This document shows, one piece after another, positions 50,773 through 60,122 of a stretch of DNA of 64,000 nucleotides. The stretch comes from Candidatus Poribacteria bacterium. Lineage in GTDB: Bacteria > Poribacteria > WGA-4E > GCA-2687025. The translations under genes and the position numbers were made by a program. The notes below the pieces were generated by a model. That model was given only the letters and a program-made list of their open reading frames with translations. It was not told the origin of the DNA and did not search any database. Location: assembly GCA_963665845.2 (NCBI GenBank), contig OY762492.1, positions 3,008,001 to 3,072,000 on the forward strand, read 5' to 3'. Each line of letters starts with the position of its first letter. Within the stretch, counting starts at the first letter, position 1.

Positions 50773-52935
50773 ATGAAACAACGATTGAAAAGAGCCGCCT
50801 CCTCCGCCTTCGTCCGAGCGTTCTTGATACTTGCGGCGGCGGCTGCGTTGGCGGTGTGGGCGTTCCTTTCCGCCTTTGAACCGTCCATAGGCATGAGGCA
50901 GACGCTTGAGGGGCATACGATGACGGTTTTTGCGGTCGCCTATTCGCCGGACGGAAAGCGTCTCGCCAGCGGCAGTAGGGACAATACGATTCGCATCTGG
51001 GATCTCAAAACGGGCGAGACGCTCGAAACGCTTGAGGGGCATACGGACGCGGTTAGAACGATCGTCTATTCGCCGGACGGAACGCAGCTTGCCAGCGCCG
51101 GCCAGGACGGCGTCATGCGCATCTGGAACCTCGATACAGGGATGTCGATGCAGATGACGGAGGCGAGTAGGAATTTCATCGTTACCGTTGCGTATTCGCC
51201 GGACGGGACGAAAATTGCCGCTCCAGACATCCATACGATTCACACTTGGAATCCTAGGACAGGGGCGCCGCTGCAATCGATCAAAACAGAGACGGACCGA
51301 AGCGCGCCGATGGTCCTTTCCGTTGCCTATTCGCCGGACGGGACGAAACTCGCCAGCGCCGGACATTCGTTGAAGATCTGGGACGCCGAAACAGGCGCGC
51401 TTCTCCGAACGCTTGAAGGGCATCTACTCCACGTTCGCTGCGCCGCCTTTTCGCCGGACGGGACGAAACTCGCCAGCGCCGGCGCGGACAAAACGATTCG
51501 CATTTGGGACGCCGAAACAGGCGCGCTTCTCCGAACGTTCAAAGGCGCTCCAGCCTATGCCATCGCTTTTTCTCCGGACGGAAAGACGCTCGCTCGCGCT
51601 GGCTCTGGTCAGACGATTCGGATCATGGACACTTTTTCTGGTACGATTCTTCAAACCTACACGGGGGATAAAGGGCCCGTTTATTGTATCGCTTACTCGC
51701 CCGACGGGGCGGCGTTTGCCAGCAGCAACTTCCACAATACAATTCAAATTTGGGACGCCCCGCCCGCCCCAAGCGGCGCCTCTGTGAGAATCGACGGAGA
51801 GCAGGAACATGGCGAGGGAGCCTTTGATGTGTCGATCGTCTTCAGCGAGAGCATAAAAGGTTTTGAGCGGTCCGACATTCACGTTGAAAACGGCTCGATA
51901 ACCGCCTTCAGCGGCTCAAAAGATTCCTATACGGCGACCATTCAGCCCTCAGACGTTGACACGGTGCGCGTGCGGGTTCCAGAGAAAACCGCCGGCAACC
52001 ACGGGCGTTCCAACATGTTTGCCTTCTACCCGGCGTTGAGAACGACGCTGACAGATCCGTATTATAACTGGTCAGCCGCCTTTTCGCTGGACGGCTCCAT
52101 GCTTGCCATCGCCAACGCTCGCACCATGATTCAAATTAGAGAGTTAGCGACCGGCGAGACGATCCGAAATTTCGGCGGACAGGGTTTTTCGACAGACGCA
52201 GGCAATCATATCCTTTATTCGCCGGACGGTTCTATGCTCGCCGCCGGCAACCGCGACATACTAATTTGGGACGCCGACACCTTTAAGGATATTCATATTC
52301 TCAAAGAGCCTAAGAGGGAAACCGTCAGATCCGTTGCTATTTCGCCGGACAGTACGATGCTTGCCAACAGCAGCGGCAGCGATGTTCGCATCTGGAATCT
52401 CAAAACGGGCGAGGAGATTCGAACGCTCACAGGTTTTAAGAACGATGTTTTTTCGGTCGCGTTTTCTTCAGACGGAAAAACGGTTGCAAGCGCCAGCAGA
52501 AACGATGTCATTCGGTTCTGGAATGTCGACACAGGCGAAGAGCTGCGGACGATTCAGATGCAGTTCGGCAGGGCTGAAGCGGTCGTCTTTTCGCCGGACG
52601 GTTCCATGCTTGCCGGCGGCGGTCAAGACGATGTCGTCCGCATCTGGAGCGCTGAAACAGGCGAAGAGATCCGAACGCTCACTGGACATACGGATGACGT
52701 TACATGCGCCGCCTTTTCGCCGGACGGCGCCATTCTCGCCAGCGGCAGCGAAGACGGTACCGTCCGCATCTGGAACCCGACGACCGGCGAGACGCTCCAA
52801 ACGCTTGAGGGGCATCTAGGGGAGATTCGGTCAGTCGCGTTTTCATCGGACGGTTCGCAACTGGTTGTCTGCAGCGACGATGTCCTCATTCGCATCTGGG
52901 ATATTGTCTCCGCGCAGTCATGGAGCTCGAAATGA
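50773..52935 (+). CDS. Membrane-anchored or exported WD40 protein (WD7-Ig-WD7), paralog A
   Basis: N-terminal hydrophobic helix; two WD40 blocks around an Ig-like domain. Confidence 0.9.
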   Translation: MKQRLKRAASSAFVRAFLILAAAAALAVWAFLSAFEPSIGMRQTLEGHTMTVFAVAYSPDGKRLASGSRDNTIRIWDLKTGETLETLEGHTDAVRTIVYSPDGTQLASAGQDGVMRIWNLDTGMSMQMTEASRNFIVTVAYSPDGTKIAAPDIHTIHTWNPRTGAPLQSIKTETDRSAPMVLSVAYSPDGTKLASAGHSLKIWDAETGALLRTLEGHLLHVRCAAFSPDGTKLASAGADKTIRIWDAETGALLRTFKGAPAYAIAFSPDGKTLARAGSGQTIRIMDTFSGTILQTYTGDKGPVYCIAYSPDGAAFASSNFHNTIQIWDAPPAPSGASVRIDGEQEHGEGAFDVSIVFSESIKGFERSDIHVENGSITAFSGSKDSYTATIQPSDVDTVRVRVPEKTAGNHGRSNMFAFYPALRTTLTDPYYNWSAAFSLDGSMLAIANARTMIQIRELATGETIRNFGGQGFSTDAGNHILYSPDGSMLAAGNRDILIWDADTFKDIHILKEPKRETVRSVAISPDSTMLANSSGSDVRIWNLKTGEEIRTLTGFKNDVFSVAFSSDGKTVASASRNDVIRFWNVDTGEELRTIQMQFGRAEAVVFSPDGSMLAGGGQDDVVRIWSAETGEEIRTLTGHTDDVTCAAFSPDGAILASGSEDGTVRIWNPTTGETLQTLEGHLGEIRSVAFSSDGSQLVVCSDDVLIRIWDIVSAQSWSSK

Positions 52936-55124
52936 AACAACGATTGAAAAGAGCCGCCTCCTCCGCCTTTGTCCGAGCGTTCTTGATACTTGCGGCAGCG
53001 GTTGCGTTGGCGGTGTGGGCGTTCCTTTCCGCCTTTGAGCCGTCCATGAGGCAGACGCTTGAAGGGCATAGGAAGTCGGTACGCGCCATCGCCTATTCGC
53101 CGGACGGAACGCAGCTCGCCAGCGGCAGTTGGGACAATGACATTTGCATCTGGGATCTCAAGACCGGCGAGACGATCCGAACGCTTAAAGGGCATACAGA
53201 CGCGGTCAGAACCGTCGCCTTTTCGCCGGACGGAAAGCGTCTCGCCAGCGGCAGTTCGGACAATACCATCCGCATCTGGAACGCCGAAACCGGGGAGGCG
53301 ATCCGAACGCTTGAAGGGCATACGAACGCGGTCGTAACGGTCGCCTATTCGCCGAACGGAATGCAACTCGCCAGCTCCGGCAGGAACGAAGGAACCATTC
53401 GCATCTGGAACCCCGATACAGGAGAACCGCAGCAAACGTTCGATTCGGGTAGACGGTCTGCTCTCTATTCGATTTCTTATTCGCCGGACGGGGTGAAACT
53501 TGCCGCCGCCTACGGCGACAAAAAGATTCGCATCTGGGACGCCAAAACCGGCGCGCTTCTCAAAACGCTGACGGGACATGCGAACCATGTCGAATGCGTC
53601 GCCTATTCGCCGGACGGAACGAAACTTGTCAGCGTTAGTCCAACGGGCAATAAAAGGATTCATATCTGGGACGCCGAGACCGGCGCGTTCCTCCGAACGC
53701 TCAAAAGGTTTCTACACTCCGCCGCTATGGTCGCCTTTTCGCCGGACGGAAAAATGCTCGCCGGCGCCGGCAAAGATAGAACGATTCGGGTATGGGAGTT
53801 TTTCTCGGGAGAGATTCTTCAAACATATACGACAGATGGGAGCGTCTTGTCCATCGCCTTTTCGCCGGACGGGGCGGCGCTTGCCAGCAGCTCGCGCCGT
53901 CTTAGAGGTAAAGATGCGGTTCAAATCTGGGACGCCCCGTCCGCCCCAGCCGGCGCCTCGGTGAGAATCGAGGGCGAGCGGGAACATGGCGCGGGAGCCT
54001 TCGACGTGTCGATTGTCTTCAGCGAGAGCATGAAAAGTTTTGAACGGTCCGATATTCAGGTTGAAAACGGATCGGTAACCGCCTTCAGCGGCTCTGGGGA
54101 TTCCTATACAGCGGCCATACAGCCCTCTGGAATTCACACCGCGCGCGTATGGATTCCAAAGAAAGCCGCCGGCAACCATGGGCGTTCCAACACATTCGCC
54201 TTCTATCCGGCATTGAGAACGGCGATGGAGGAGAATGAGTATTTTAGGGCAGCCGCCTTTTCACCGGACGGCTCCATGCTTGCCAGCGCCGGCGCTTTTT
54301 CCAAGGTTCGAATTAGAGAGCTAGCGACCGGCAAGACGCAGCGCAGGCTTGACAGCGACGGACAACTCCGCATTGGCAGAAAGTACAGCGGAGTCAATTC
54401 GATTCTCTATTCGCCGGATGGCTCCATGCTCGCTGTCGGCAACATAGACATTCTGATTTGGGACGCCGCTGACTTTAAGAAGCTCCATACGCTCAAAAGA
54501 AGAGCGGAAGAAACCGTCTTGTCCATCGCTTTTTCGCCGGACAGCGCCATACTCGCCAGCGGCGGCGATGACGGTACCGTTCGCATCTGGAACCCGATCA
54601 CAGGCGAGCTGCTGCGAACGTTCACAGGGCGTCCAAGCGAGGTACAGCCGGTCGCGTTTTCGCCGGACGGAACCAAACTTGCCAGCTGCGCCCGCCGTAC
54701 GATTCACATCATGAATGTCAAAACAGGCGAAGAGCTGCGGACGATTCAGATGCAGTTCGGCAGGGCTGAAGCGGTTGTCTTTTCGCCGGACGGCTCCATG
54801 CTTGCCGGCGGCGGTCAAGACGATGTCGTCCGCATCTGGAGCGTCGAAACAGGCGAGGAGCTGCGAACGCTCACTGGACATACAGGCGCCGTTACATGCG
54901 CCGCCTTCTCGCCGGACGGCGCGATTCTCGCCAGCGGCAGCAGAGACGGTACCGTCCGCATCTGGAACCCGACAACCGGCGAGACTCTCCAAATGCTTGA
55001 AGGGCATCTAGGATGGATTGGGTCGGTCGTCTTTTCGCCGGACGGCTCCCAGCTTGCCGTTCTCAACTATGACCTTGAGCGCGCGATTTGCATTTGGGAT
55101 ATTGTCCCCTCGCCCGATCTTTAA
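52932..55124 (+). CDS. Membrane-anchored or exported WD40 protein (WD7-Ig-WD7), paralog B
   Basis: N-terminus near-identical to paralog A; ATGA overlap at 52932-52935. Confidence 0.9.
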   Translation: MKQRLKRAASSAFVRAFLILAAAVALAVWAFLSAFEPSMRQTLEGHRKSVRAIAYSPDGTQLASGSWDNDICIWDLKTGETIRTLKGHTDAVRTVAFSPDGKRLASGSSDNTIRIWNAETGEAIRTLEGHTNAVVTVAYSPNGMQLASSGRNEGTIRIWNPDTGEPQQTFDSGRRSALYSISYSPDGVKLAAAYGDKKIRIWDAKTGALLKTLTGHANHVECVAYSPDGTKLVSVSPTGNKRIHIWDAETGAFLRTLKRFLHSAAMVAFSPDGKMLAGAGKDRTIRVWEFFSGEILQTYTTDGSVLSIAFSPDGAALASSSRRLRGKDAVQIWDAPSAPAGASVRIEGEREHGAGAFDVSIVFSESMKSFERSDIQVENGSVTAFSGSGDSYTAAIQPSGIHTARVWIPKKAAGNHGRSNTFAFYPALRTAMEENEYFRAAAFSPDGSMLASAGAFSKVRIRELATGKTQRRLDSDGQLRIGRKYSGVNSILYSPDGSMLAVGNIDILIWDAADFKKLHTLKRRAEETVLSIAFSPDSAILASGGDDGTVRIWNPITGELLRTFTGRPSEVQPVAFSPDGTKLASCARRTIHIMNVKTGEELRTIQMQFGRAEAVVFSPDGSMLAGGGQDDVVRIWSVETGEELRTLTGHTGAVTCAAFSPDGAILASGSRDGTVRIWNPTTGETLQMLEGHLGWIGSVVFSPDGSQLAVLNYDLERAICIWDIVPSPDL

Positions 55125-55127
55125 ACC

Positions 55128-55337
55128 CTGACCTCATGCTTAAAGTTGGGACATCTCGGCATGGAAACGCGGACGGTTTCGGGGTGGACTCTGGATTCCC
55201 GCTTACGCGGGAATGACAGTCTGGTTGGCGGCGCATCGTCTTGTCAATCTTTCAAATCTTTTCATCTGAGTTTAAAGCTTAGGGAGCGGTTGCGAAGCCT
55301 TAAGATTCCCGCCCGTTTACCGCAGGGGCGGGAATGA
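55128..55337. repeat. Inverted, truncated MITE copy plus palindrome modules
   Basis: CTGACCTCATGCTTAAAGTTGGGACA, arm complementary to the right arm of copies 1 and 3, then the palindrome; homology ends near 55232. Confidence 0.75.
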
Positions 55338-55359
55338 CGCTCTGGTCAGGCGAAAGAAT

Positions 55360-55388
55360 TTGCCAAAACCAAAACGGCGCGCTATATT
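55360..55388 (+). promoter_or_regulatory. sigma70-type promoter of tRNA-Arg and probably kamA-folB-kinase
   Basis: TTGCCA-17bp-TATATT, 8 bp before the tRNA 5' end. Confidence 0.75.
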
Positions 55389-55396
55389 AAATGCAG

Positions 55397-55472
55397 GCGT
55401 CCATAGCTCAACGGATAGAGCATCAGACTTCGGATCTGAGGGTTGGGGGTTCGAATCCTCCTGGGCGCGCCA
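55397..55472 (+). tRNA. tRNA-Arg(TCG)
   Basis: GCGTCCA...TCAGA-CT-TCG-GA-TCTGA...GGTTCGAATCC...TGGGCGC-G-CCA. Confidence 0.95.
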
Positions 55473-55561
55473 ACGCGATGGAGCGCCCCTCTCCGAACGA
55501 TCTCGACCGCGCGCAAAAACCTATGGGCGCAAGCCATGCCGACCCAAGACGGAGGGCGTAC

Positions 55562-56665
55562 ATGTCAGAGCAGTCAACAGCGTGGAAAGACGACTGGCGC
55601 GATCTCTTCAAAAACGGCGTCAAAAAAGCGGACGACCTGGAGCCGTTTCTCACCCCCGAAGAGATGGAGGAAGCCAGGCGAATCGAAAAAGAATTCCCGG
55701 TGCGAATCAACCAGTACTACATGGGACTCATCGAAGAAAAAGACGACCCGATCTGGAAACAGGTCGTCCCCGACAAACTGGAACTGATCGACACCTACGG
55801 ATGCGAAGACCCGCTCGATGAGGAGGGCGACAGCCCCGTCCTGAACCTCACGCACCGCTACCCGGACCGCGTTCTGTTTTACATCAACCATCAATGCCCG
55901 ATCTACTGCCGATTTTGCACCCGAAAGCGGAAAGTCGGCGACCCGCACTCTCTCCCGAAAGACGAAATCCTGCGCGGCATCGAATATATCCGCGAGCATA
56001 CCGAAATACGCGACATCGTCATCTCCGGCGGCGACGCGCTCATGCTGTCCGACAACCGCATCGAGTGGGTTCTGCAGCAGCTGCGCAGCGTTCCGCATCT
56101 GGAAATCCTGCGCATCGCGTCGCGCATTCCGTGCGCTCTGCCGCAGCGCGTCACCCCAGAGCTGTGCGATATGCTGCGCAAATACCACCCGCTTTACATC
56201 AACACCCATTTCAACCATCCGCGCGAGGTCACGCCGGAAGCGGCGAAGGCGTGCGGAATGCTGGCGGACGCGGGCATCCCGCTCGGCTGTCAAACCGTCC
56301 TGCTGAAAGGCGTCAACGACGACCCTGAAGTGATGAAAGAGCTGATGCAGAAGCTGCTGAGCATCCGCGTCAAGCCGTACTACATCTATCAGGCGGATCT
56401 GGTGTACGGGACGGAGCATTTTCGCACATCGGTTGAAAAGGGGCTGGAGATCATCCGCGCGTTGCGGGGGCATACATCGGGAATGGCGGTGCCGCATTAT
56501 GTGATCGACGCGCCGGGCGGCGGCGGCAAAATCGCCCTGACGCCCGAAGCGGTGGTCGACTGGAACGAGAACGAGATCGTCCTGCGCAACTATGAAGGCA
56601 AGATCTACCGGTATCCGAACCTGAACGACGCCGGCGGCGCTCTCTCCGCGTTCAACGCCGATTGA
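55562..56665 (+). CDS. kamA: KamA-family radical SAM aminomutase (lysine 2,3-aminomutase-like)
   Basis: HRYPDRV, CPIYCRFC, SGGD, HFNHPRE, LLKGVND, APGGGGK; RBS GGAGG before ATG 55562. Confidence 0.88.
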   Translation: MSEQSTAWKDDWRDLFKNGVKKADDLEPFLTPEEMEEARRIEKEFPVRINQYYMGLIEEKDDPIWKQVVPDKLELIDTYGCEDPLDEEGDSPVLNLTHRYPDRVLFYINHQCPIYCRFCTRKRKVGDPHSLPKDEILRGIEYIREHTEIRDIVISGGDALMLSDNRIEWVLQQLRSVPHLEILRIASRIPCALPQRVTPELCDMLRKYHPLYINTHFNHPREVTPEAAKACGMLADAGIPLGCQTVLLKGVNDDPEVMKELMQKLLSIRVKPYYIYQADLVYGTEHFRTSVEKGLEIIRALRGHTSGMAVPHYVIDAPGGGGKIALTPEAVVDWNENEIVLRNYEGKIYRYPNLNDAGGALSAFNAD

Positions 56666-56671
56666 ACCGCC

Positions 56672-57088
56672 ATGGGCGACTGCGTCATGCTGCGGGGCGT
56701 CCGATTTTTCGGCAGGCACGGCGTCAGCCGGAGCGAACGCAAGGTTGGGCAATGGTACTCGGTTGACATAGACCTCCGCTTGGACTTAACCCGCGCCGGC
56801 GAAACGGACGACCTGAAGCAGACGGTCGACTATGCGGAGGTGTGCAAGCTGATTGTCAAAACGGGAACGCGCCGGCGGTTTCGGTTGATGGAGGCGCTGG
56901 CGCATCAGATGGCGCAGGAGATTTTTAAGGCGCATCCGTCCGTTGAAAACGCGCGCGTTCGCGTTGTCAAGACGCCGCCGGCGGGTCTCGTCGCTGACCT
57001 GCATCGCGCGGGGACGCTGGAATACGCCGCCGTCGAAATTGAACGGGTCAACGAACCTGAAGCCGAATCGCTGGACGAAGAAAAATGA
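56672..57088 (+). CDS. folB: Dihydroneopterin aldolase
   Basis: GRHGVSRSER..GQ, TDDLKQTVDY, LMEALA, VRVVK. Confidence 0.88.
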   Translation: MGDCVMLRGVRFFGRHGVSRSERKVGQWYSVDIDLRLDLTRAGETDDLKQTVDYAEVCKLIVKTGTRRRFRLMEALAHQMAQEIFKAHPSVENARVRVVKTPPAGLVADLHRAGTLEYAAVEIERVNEPEAESLDEEK

Positions 57089-57969
57089 ATCGAGAGCGCT
57101 CCATCGCTGTCATTGTGAACCCGGCGGCTGGAAAAGGACGCGCCAAACGGTATGCGAATCAGGTTCAGCAGGCGATCCCGCATGCCGAAATTCTTTTTAC
57201 CGAACGCCCAGGGCATGGGACGGAGATTGCTAAAGAAGCGGCGGAACGCGGCGTTGAAATCGCGGCGGCTCTCGGCGGGGACGGCACGGTGCGCGAGACA
57301 GCCGCCGGCCTCTTCGGCTCCGAGACGGCGCTCGGCGTCCTTCCCCTCGGCTCCGGCAACGACTTCGCCCGCGCGCTCAACATATCGCTTCAGCTGGACA
57401 AGGCGCTGGACGCGCTTCTGAACGCCGAATACCGCCAGGTCGATGTCGGCGAGGATGCGGACGGGCTTTTTGTGTGTATGAGCGGCGTCGGCTTCGCGTC
57501 CGAGGTGACGCGCAACGCCGCCAACGCGCGCCTCTTTCGCGGTCCCGCCGCTTACGCCTACGGCGTCGTCAAAGCGCTTCTCCAAATGCGCCCCGTTCCG
57601 ATACGGCTGCATCTGGACGGCGACACGCGCGAAATGGAAGCGCTGTTCGTCCTGGCGCAGAACATACCTTACTGCGGCGGCGGACAGCTGATGGCGCCGG
57701 ACGCGCTGATGGACGACGGAAAGCTGGATGCGGTCGTAGTGGAACCGGTCGGTCGGCTGGAGCTGCTGCGCATTTTCCCGCGCGTCTATTCAGGGCGGCA
57801 CATAGAGCATCCCGCATGCCATGTGTTTCGATCCAGCGCCGTACGGATCGAGAGCGAGCGTCCGTTATTGAAGCTGCTGGACGGCGACCTGACAGGCGAC
57901 GCGCCGCTCGATTCGCGTATTCATTCACGGGCGTTGAGAGTCGCGGCGCCGTCCTCTTCCTCCTCCTGA
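57085..57969 (+). CDS. Diacylglycerol/lipid kinase family protein (YegS/DgkB-like)
   Basis: VNPAAG, GGDGT, PLGSGNDFAR, DDGKLD, DGD. Confidence 0.88.
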   Translation: MNRERSIAVIVNPAAGKGRAKRYANQVQQAIPHAEILFTERPGHGTEIAKEAAERGVEIAAALGGDGTVRETAAGLFGSETALGVLPLGSGNDFARALNISLQLDKALDALLNAEYRQVDVGEDADGLFVCMSGVGFASEVTRNAANARLFRGPAAYAYGVVKALLQMRPVPIRLHLDGDTREMEALFVLAQNIPYCGGGQLMAPDALMDDGKLDAVVVEPVGRLELLRIFPRVYSGRHIEHPACHVFRSSAVRIESERPLLKLLDGDLTGDAPLDSRIHSRALRVAAPSSSSS

Positions 57970-59318
57970 CCCTCCATCTGCTCTAATCGTCGATACAGCG
58001 TCCGCAAGCCGATGCCGAGTATGCGCGCCGCTTCCGATTTATTGCCGCCCGCCGCCTTCAGCGTTTCCATGATCGCCATCTTTTCGATCTCCTCCATGCG
58101 CATGCCGACCTGAAAAACGGCGCCTTTGGCGGCAAGCTGCGACGGCGCGTCCGGCAGATCGGAGGGGCGTATCTCGGACCCGTCCACATTCAGCGCGAGA
58201 TACTGTACGGTGTTGCGCAGCTGGCGCACATTGCCCGACCAGCCGCGCGCCTGCAGAATGCGCACGGTCGCCGCGTCCATGCGCTTCGGGGCGACGCCAT
58301 GCTCCTCAATCGCTTTTTCTAAAAAATGCTCAATCAGCAGCGGTATGTCGTCCCGCCGGTCGCGCAGCGGGGGCATCGTGATCGGAAACACATTGAGCCG
58401 ATGAAACAGGTCTTCGCGGAACTCCCCCTCCGCCGCCGTTTTTTCAAGATCGCGGTTCGTTGAGGCGAGGATGCGCGCGTCAATCCGTATCGGGCGCGTT
58501 CCGCCGACGCGCATGATCTCTTTTTCTTCTAGGACGCGCAGCAGCTTTGCCTGCGCTTCCAGCGTCATTTCGCCGATCTCGTCCAGCAGGAGCGTTCCGC
58601 CGTCCGCCTCTTCAAAATAACCGGGCTTGTCGCGCGCCGCCCCGGTGAACGCGCCGCGCATATAACCGAACAGCTCGCTCTCGACCAGCTCGCGCGTCAC
58701 CGCCGCGCAGTTGAACGCGAGAAAACGCCGCTCCCGCCGCGGGCTAAGGTTATGAACGGCGCGCGCCGCCAGCTCTTTCCCCGTCCCGCTTTCGCCCATG
58801 ATCAGCGCTGTCACGTTGGTCGGGGCGACCCGCCGTATCTCCTGATACACGTTGCGCATCGCGCTGGAGCGCCCGATCATGTTTTCTAAGCCGAAGGCGG
58901 AGTCCAGCTGCGACTGCAGCTCTTCGTTCTGCCGTTCCAGCTCATATTTTTCTAGCGCTTTTTGGACGCGCGCCCGCGCCGCGTCGATGTTGAGCGGCTT
59001 TTCTAAAAAATCGAGCGCCCCCGCCTGCATCGCCGACACCGCGTCCTCAATGGAGCCGTATCCGCTCATGACGATCATCTGAACGTTCGGGCGCGCTTTT
59101 TTCGCTTTTGAAAGCAGCTCATGCCCGCTCATAGAGGGCATTTTCAGGTCGGTCAACACGGCGGCGACCTGCTCTTTTTTCAGTATCTTGAGCGCTTCTT
59201 CGCCGCTTCCCGCCTGCCGCGTTTGCACCTTTTCACGCCTAAAGATGCGCGCGACCGCCTCCCGCTCCGAGGCTTGGTCGTCCACAATCAACACGATCGG
59301 CTGCGTCTCGCTGCTCAT
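57921..59318 (-). CDS. sigma54-dependent response regulator (NtrC/AtoC-like)
   Basis: Receiver (IVDD, TDLKMP), GESGTGKE, GAFTGA, Fis HTH; start 59318. Confidence 0.92.
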   Translation of the reverse strand: MSSETQPIVLIVDDQASEREAVARIFRREKVQTRQAGSGEEALKILKKEQVAAVLTDLKMPSMSGHELLSKAKKARPNVQMIVMSGYGSIEDAVSAMQAGALDFLEKPLNIDAARARVQKALEKYELERQNEELQSQLDSAFGLENMIGRSSAMRNVYQEIRRVAPTNVTALIMGESGTGKELAARAVHNLSPRRERRFLAFNCAAVTRELVESELFGYMRGAFTGAARDKPGYFEEADGGTLLLDEIGEMTLEAQAKLLRVLEEKEIMRVGGTRPIRIDARILASTNRDLEKTAAEGEFREDLFHRLNVFPITMPPLRDRRDDIPLLIEHFLEKAIEEHGVAPKRMDAATVRILQARGWSGNVRQLRNTVQYLALNVDGSEIRPSDLPDAPSQLAAKGAVFQVGMRMEEIEKMAIMETLKAAGGNKSEAARILGIGLRTLYRRLEQMEGQEEEEDGAATLNARE

Positions 59319-59328
59319 CGTTCCCCGT

Positions 59329-60117
59329 TCATCGTTTTGACAACTCTCGAATCGGCCAGCGGAACTCCACCAGCGCGCCGCCTCCCCCTGGGCGGTTTCC
59401 CGCCTCAACGGTTCCGCCGTGCAGCTCCGCCGCCTGCCGCGCGACCGACATGCCGAGTCCGGTGCCGCCGGGCTTTGTGGAAAAGAACGGCTCAAAAATG
59501 CGCCCCTCCGCCTCCTGAGCGATGCCGATGCCGGCGTCCGTAAACAGAACCTGTACAGACGAGGGAGACTCGCTGTCGTCCTGGCGCGCCTCCACCTTCA
59601 ATTCGCCGCCGTCCTGCATCGCCTGAAAAGCGTTCAGAATCACATTCAAAAACGCTTGCTGAAGCAGCTTCGGGTCCGCCGCCATAACCGGCAACGGTTC
59701 AATCTCTCGAACAATCTCGATGCCGCTCTGCTCCGCCGTCGGCGTCATGAAGTCTAACGTATCCTCGATGAGTTGACCAATATCGGCCGCTTCGGCGCGC
59801 ATCATGATTCGCGCGTAACGCTGAAAATCGGACAGCACCGCCTCAAGCCGCTCCGCTTCGTTGCGGATGAGACCAAGCTGCGCCTTCAGATCCTCCTTGT
59901 CGATCTCGTCCTCTTTCAGGTCTTCTTCCAGAAGCTGAACCGTGACGCTCATCGCGTTCAGCGGGTTGCGTATTTCATGCGCCAGCCCGCGCATGACCTC
60001 ATACTGCGGCGGCGCCCAGGGGAGCGCGTCCCGTTTTGGCAGGCGCGTACGAAGCAGCGCCATCAGAGCGGCGCCGCCGCAAAACCCGACCAAGCCCGCG
60101 ATGATCCACCAACCCAA
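59329..60117 (-). CDS. Histidine kinase with a single TM helix and no sensor domain
   Basis: GLAHEIRNPL, NVILNA, DAGIG, FEPFFSTK, GTGLG. Confidence 0.88.
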   Translation of the reverse strand: MGWWIIAGLVGFCGGAALMALLRTRLPKRDALPWAPPQYEVMRGLAHEIRNPLNAMSVTVQLLEEDLKEDEIDKEDLKAQLGLIRNEAERLEAVLSDFQRYARIMMRAEAADIGQLIEDTLDFMTPTAEQSGIEIVREIEPLPVMAADPKLLQQAFLNVILNAFQAMQDGGELKVEARQDDSESPSSVQVLFTDAGIGIAQEAEGRIFEPFFSTKPGGTGLGMSVARQAAELHGGTVEAGNRPGGGGALVEFRWPIRELSKR

Positions 60118-60122
60118 CGATT

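Noticed and set aside
50773-55124. Diversity-generating retroelement acting on the WD40 genes
   Set aside because: No reverse transcriptase, and differences between copies are not adenine-specific
55391-55561. N-terminal extension of the kamA ORF
   Set aside because: Overlaps tRNA-Arg; the RBS supports a start at 55562
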